31,880 bases of DNA, taken from Bacteroidota bacterium (lineage in GTDB: Bacteria > Bacteroidota > Bacteroidia > Cytophagales > Amoebophilaceae). Of this stretch, positions 25,673 through 31,880 are shown piece by piece. The number at the start of each line of letters is the position of its first letter. Positions within the stretch are counted from its first letter, which is position 1. Under the pieces are notes generated by a model, which saw nothing but the letters and a program-made list of their open reading frames with translations, made no database searches and was not told the DNA's origin. The stretch spans positions 1 to 31,880 of the forward strand of contig JBCCVH010000001.1 in NCBI GenBank assembly GCA_039195685.1, read 5' to 3'. The translations under genes and the position numbers were made by a program.

Positions 25673-27272
25673 GCATACAATTAAATGACGTTGATCCACC
25701 TCTTTTTTTTTGCAATACTGGGGATATAGGATGTGCTTTTATAAAGCGGGAAAGCTGTCCATTGTTGGGCTGGGTTACATTATATCCACGATAACGTGCA
25801 TACATGTGGTAGCGTTGGAGACAGTTTTCATTTGTGGCGAGCTTTTTTATATCTAAACGCTTTAGAATGTCTATTTTGATAGGGCGTTTTTCTCCCCAAA
25901 AGATCATCGCTTTGAAAAAATTTTGGGCTGTATTTGAGTTTAAAAGTGATTGTAAAAATTGGGCTTCTTCTTCAGACCAACAGGGGATAAAATAGATGGT
26001 ATCATCTAAAATAACTGGTCTCCCGATATAGGGGGTGATCAGTTGAAAGTGCAGTTTTTTATAAAAGCCAGAAATAGCTATTTTAAATGGGGCAAAGGAA
26101 TAGTCCCCTATGCCAAACATGGCATACCTAGGACTATTGCAATATACGGCGCTGGCTCTTTTGTCTAACTTATCTGCGTGTTGTGATAGGTATTGCCAAG
26201 TCTTGGGCGCTTCATGTTGGATATATTGTGTGTGTTGTCCCATATAGGCTTGGGTGATGAGCATGTATTTTCTTCCATATCTAATAGGGGTATGGGATAT
26301 ATCTGAACTTTTGAGCATCGGGAAAACACATTTTTGTTCTAGATTAAGGCTTTCGTTGAGACCGTTGACGTAGTGATTGTCTTTTTTAGACAGCTCCATC
26401 ACTTTAGCACAATCGTGTTTTACGCCTGATCGCCACCTATACAATGGGTCAGTTCCACATAGGTTTTTATATTTTTCGTATAAATTAATATGGGCAAGGA
26501 GGGTTTGATCCCGAAACCCAAACGAATGGCAATGAGTAAGATCGTTGATATCATCAAATATCAAACAATCATTCGTTTTGGCTGGGGCTTTTGTTTTATC
26601 TAATATGAGAAAACACGCATCGGTCGCAGCGTTAAAGCATTTTTTTGCGTCTATTTTGATCATTTTTGCTGATGCCAGAGGGTAAGCAGTACGCCATATG
26701 TAGCGCAGTATTTTCCTTGCAACAGATGTTTTGCACAATACGGCAATTGCACCACGAGGCTTTTCTATCCATGTAAGGTATTGGCGGATCATCGATTCAG
26801 ATATATCGAAGTTGCTTTTTCCAGTAAGGGCATCCCATCCCTGCTGTTTTTGGAAATTACTTTTTAGAGGGAGATTATCACTTTTGAGTCTTCCTAGTGC
26901 AGCGTTGGTTACCCATGGCGGGTTTCCAATGATTAAAAAAGGCTGAGGTAAATTCTTTATTTTTTCTTGCCAGTCATAGGAAAAAAACTCGTGCTGATGA
27001 ATGTCAATATTTGTGCTATGACCAAGTTGCTTGCATGTGGTGGCCGCAGCTGCTACATGGGCTGGGTTGATATCTACTCCGATGACTTGCTGGATACAAG
27101 GAAAGGTATGTAGGGCTGCAACCAAGAAAGCTCCTTGCCCACATGTGGGTTCTATAAGGGTAGCTGGATTGATGTGCTCTTTTTTGAGTAGTGAAGTTAG
27201 TTTTTGGGCAAGTGCTACGGGGGTTTGAAAGTCACCAAACTGCCATTGATCTCTTGTTTTTTTATTGGTCAT
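25611..27272 (-). CDS. Gamma-class N6-adenine DNA methyltransferase, M.NspV-like
   Basis: FGDFQTP (motif X), EPTCGQGAFL (motif I), IIGNPPWVTN (motif IV), WRSGVKHD; linked to an NspV-like REase. Confidence 0.88.
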   Translation of the reverse strand: MTNKKTRDQWQFGDFQTPVALAQKLTSLLKKEHINPATLIEPTCGQGAFLVAALHTFPCIQQVIGVDINPAHVAAAATTCKQLGHSTNIDIHQHEFFSYDWQEKIKNLPQPFLIIGNPPWVTNAALGRLKSDNLPLKSNFQKQQGWDALTGKSNFDISESMIRQYLTWIEKPRGAIAVLCKTSVARKILRYIWRTAYPLASAKMIKIDAKKCFNAATDACFLILDKTKAPAKTNDCLIFDDINDLTHCHSFGFRDQTLLAHINLYEKYKNLCGTDPLYRWRSGVKHDCAKVMELSKKDNHYVNGLNESLNLEQKCVFPMLKSSDISHTPIRYGRKYMLITQAYMGQHTQYIQHEAPKTWQYLSQHADKLDKRASAVYCNSPRYAMFGIGDYSFAPFKIAISGFYKKLHFQLITPYIGRPVILDDTIYFIPCWSEEEAQFLQSLLNSNTAQNFFKAMIFWGEKRPIKIDILKRLDIKKLATNENCLQRYHMYARYRGYNVTQPNNGQLSRFIKAHPISPVLQKKRGGSTSFNCMLRLVVLEGAVVYLFCSGVLF

Positions 27273-27276
27273 TTTA

Positions 27277-27930
27277 TCACATTTTGTATATCCCTGAGAT
27301 ATGGCCTGCTTCTTGGATCACACGCCTATATTGTATTCTCCATTGTAGCGCATTTGAGATGGTCAGGTATCCTTGTTTCGGGGGATTTGCTAGGATGTCT
27401 TTGGCTATTGATGTAAGCTTAATTTCATCAGCGGGCAGGTTTTTATCTTGCATAAAGGCGATGACATCATCTATATTTGCCTCATTTTCTAGAATCTGTA
27501 GCAGTCCTTTCGTCATTTGAAAATCGGCTGTTTGGGCAGCATCAACAAAAATAGTGTGCACTATATCTAGCTTAGCCGTGCGTTTTTTATGATCATCCAA
27601 TTTATTATAGACAAAAATTAAGAGGTGATAACCCAAACCGTAAATTTTTTGTCTAGCGGATTGATAAGGACAAGAGGATTGCGGCTGTTTTTGGCTTGTT
27701 ACTTTCAGGTCAACTTCAAGACTGGGAAAGTCAAGCCCTGAAGCGGCGTTACCTTGTTCAAAATCGTAACTTTTTCGCAGATATGCGAAAAAGTTACGTG
27801 CTAAATACGTACCAATAGCTTTCCCATCTGTGATGCCATAGAGTTTGGGTTGGTAATGGGATGATTCAGCTGCTGCAAATTTTTTAGCGGCACGCTGTAG
27901 TTTGTTAATATTGAGTATTTCTTTAGCCAT
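27277..27930 (-). CDS. Type II restriction endonuclease, NspV-like (TTCGAA inferred), 217 aa
   Basis: LYGITDGKAIGTYL, GLDFP...VDLKVTS, QPQSSCPY.SARQKIYGLGY, GYLTISNALQWR match R.NspV as recalled; start set at MAKE (27930). Confidence 0.8.
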   Translation of the reverse strand: MAKEILNINKLQRAAKKFAAAESSHYQPKLYGITDGKAIGTYLARNFFAYLRKSYDFEQGNAASGLDFPSLEVDLKVTSQKQPQSSCPYQSARQKIYGLGYHLLIFVYNKLDDHKKRTAKLDIVHTIFVDAAQTADFQMTKGLLQILENEANIDDVIAFMQDKNLPADEIKLTSIAKDILANPPKQGYLTISNALQWRIQYRRVIQEAGHISGIYKM

Positions 27931-28132
27931 TTTGATGTGCTGTGCGTACAATATCAGCCTGTTTTCAGGAACCATTGCAGCGGAACTTATGGTATCTACT
28001 GGCGGTTTTGCGATAGTGTTACGTTGTTCGCTAGGCGGATGTTACGCTTTATACTTAAGATTAGCAAGATTGGGGAGGTATTTCAGGCGAGGGGTGATGC
28101 GATGAGGGGAGTTCATTTTTAGATATAAAAAA

Positions 28133-28244
<112 letters not shown>

Positions 28245-28286
28245 ATTTTTACTAAAGTTATATTTGTAGAGAGAAGATAAAAATAA

Positions 28287-31196
<2,910 letters not shown>

Positions 31197-31244
31197 AAAT
31201 GAATTTTTGTAGTTGGTTTAGTTATACTAAACCGCTTTCACTAT

Positions 31245-31276
31245 TATCTTCTCTTCTTACAAATATGTCAAAGATC
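31245..31276 (-). promoter_or_regulatory. 23S leader: boxA-like element and RNase III-type processing stem
   Basis: GAUCUUUGACA boxA-like (31276-31266); AUAUUUGUA-AGA-AGAGAAGAUA pairs with UAUCUUCUCU-C-UACAAAUAU in the 23S-5S spacer (28260-28279). Confidence 0.75.
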
Positions 31277-31344
31277 GTTTTAGTAAGCGGTTTTTAAATA
31301 TATTTATCACGCTTACCCTTACTACGTGTTGTGAAGTAAGTGGC

Positions 31345-31352
31345 CAAGAATA
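31345..31352 (-). promoter_or_regulatory. Candidate dedicated promoter of the 23S-5S unit (TATTCTTG)
   Basis: TAnnCTTG variant like the rnpB promoter, about 150 nt upstream of the 23S 5' end; -33 weak. Confidence 0.4.
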
Positions 31353-31880
31353 CAATATTATTTTCGCTTCTCGTATATTTTTGTAAAATTGTACTCGAAC
31401 GTCTTTGTCAGGTGTGAAAAATACTCAATTTTATATTGCAGAGGAAGGATTTACCCTCTTTTTTACTCCCTTACCCTACCAAAAACATATGCTTGTAGTA
31501 CACTATAGCAGTGATGAAAGTTACCTAATCATTACATTGCATATGTAACACCAAACTTGTGCAAATGCTAATGCACACCAAAAAACAGGCAATACCATAC
31601 CCCATAAGGGACGTAGAAAGTTTTTCGCAATTTTGCGCTATGCTTCTATACTACCCGCTACGCTGTACGATGGAAGATAAAAGGTTTACCTGATTGATTC
31701 CATATTCCGCACCAAAAATATGCGTTTATGGTTCAATATAAAGCGTAAGGGGCATCACATGAGGTGCCACATTGGCCATTTTACAGAAAAGTAAGCGTAT
31801 CAAAGTATAGAGAACGTGTAGAGGAAATTTCAAAATAGCTCATATGGTGCAGTATAGCCTGTTTTTTATTTTTAGTTAAC

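Noticed and set aside
31560-31880. Short broken frames at the right edge (e.g. MHTKKQAIP..., LIDSIFRTKNMRLWFNIK)
   Set aside because: All are 40 codons or fewer with no recognisable motif

Overview
Core-genome region of a Bacteroidota bacterium. Bacteroidota-type TAnnTTTG promoters, the secY-map-infA-rpmJ order, low GC, strongly drifted housekeeping proteins and decaying accessory genes suggest a reduced, host-associated Cytophagales such as an Amoebophilus/Cardinium-like symbiont; this is inferred, not proven. Left ~2.5 kb is accessory: a small exported protein, an Rpn/YhgA nuclease pseudogene, a 326-bp segment bounded by perfect 22-bp inverted repeats, and a probably leaderless HTH regulator. 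Then, on the minus strand: holA, tig, tRNA-Leu(TAG) and one 32-gene ribosomal run (rplC to rplQ joined directly to rpsF-rpsR-rplI; rpsJ absent). Next are an AbiEi/AbiEii type IV toxin-antitoxin pair, rnpB, and two convergent type II restriction-modification operons: a PD-(D/E)xK REase with a beta-class SPPY MTase, and an NspV-like REase with a gamma-class NPPW MTase. The window ends with a 23S-5S unit that shows no 16S or ITS tRNAs upstream. The most striking unexplained signal is in the 23S rRNA. The sarcin-ricin tetraloop reads GCAA instead of the near-universal GAGA, and H69-H71 and the H93 loop are also altered. In the same window uL6 carries a 6-residue insertion in its conserved C-terminal motif. 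Comparisons to reference sequences are from memory and need alignment to confirm.
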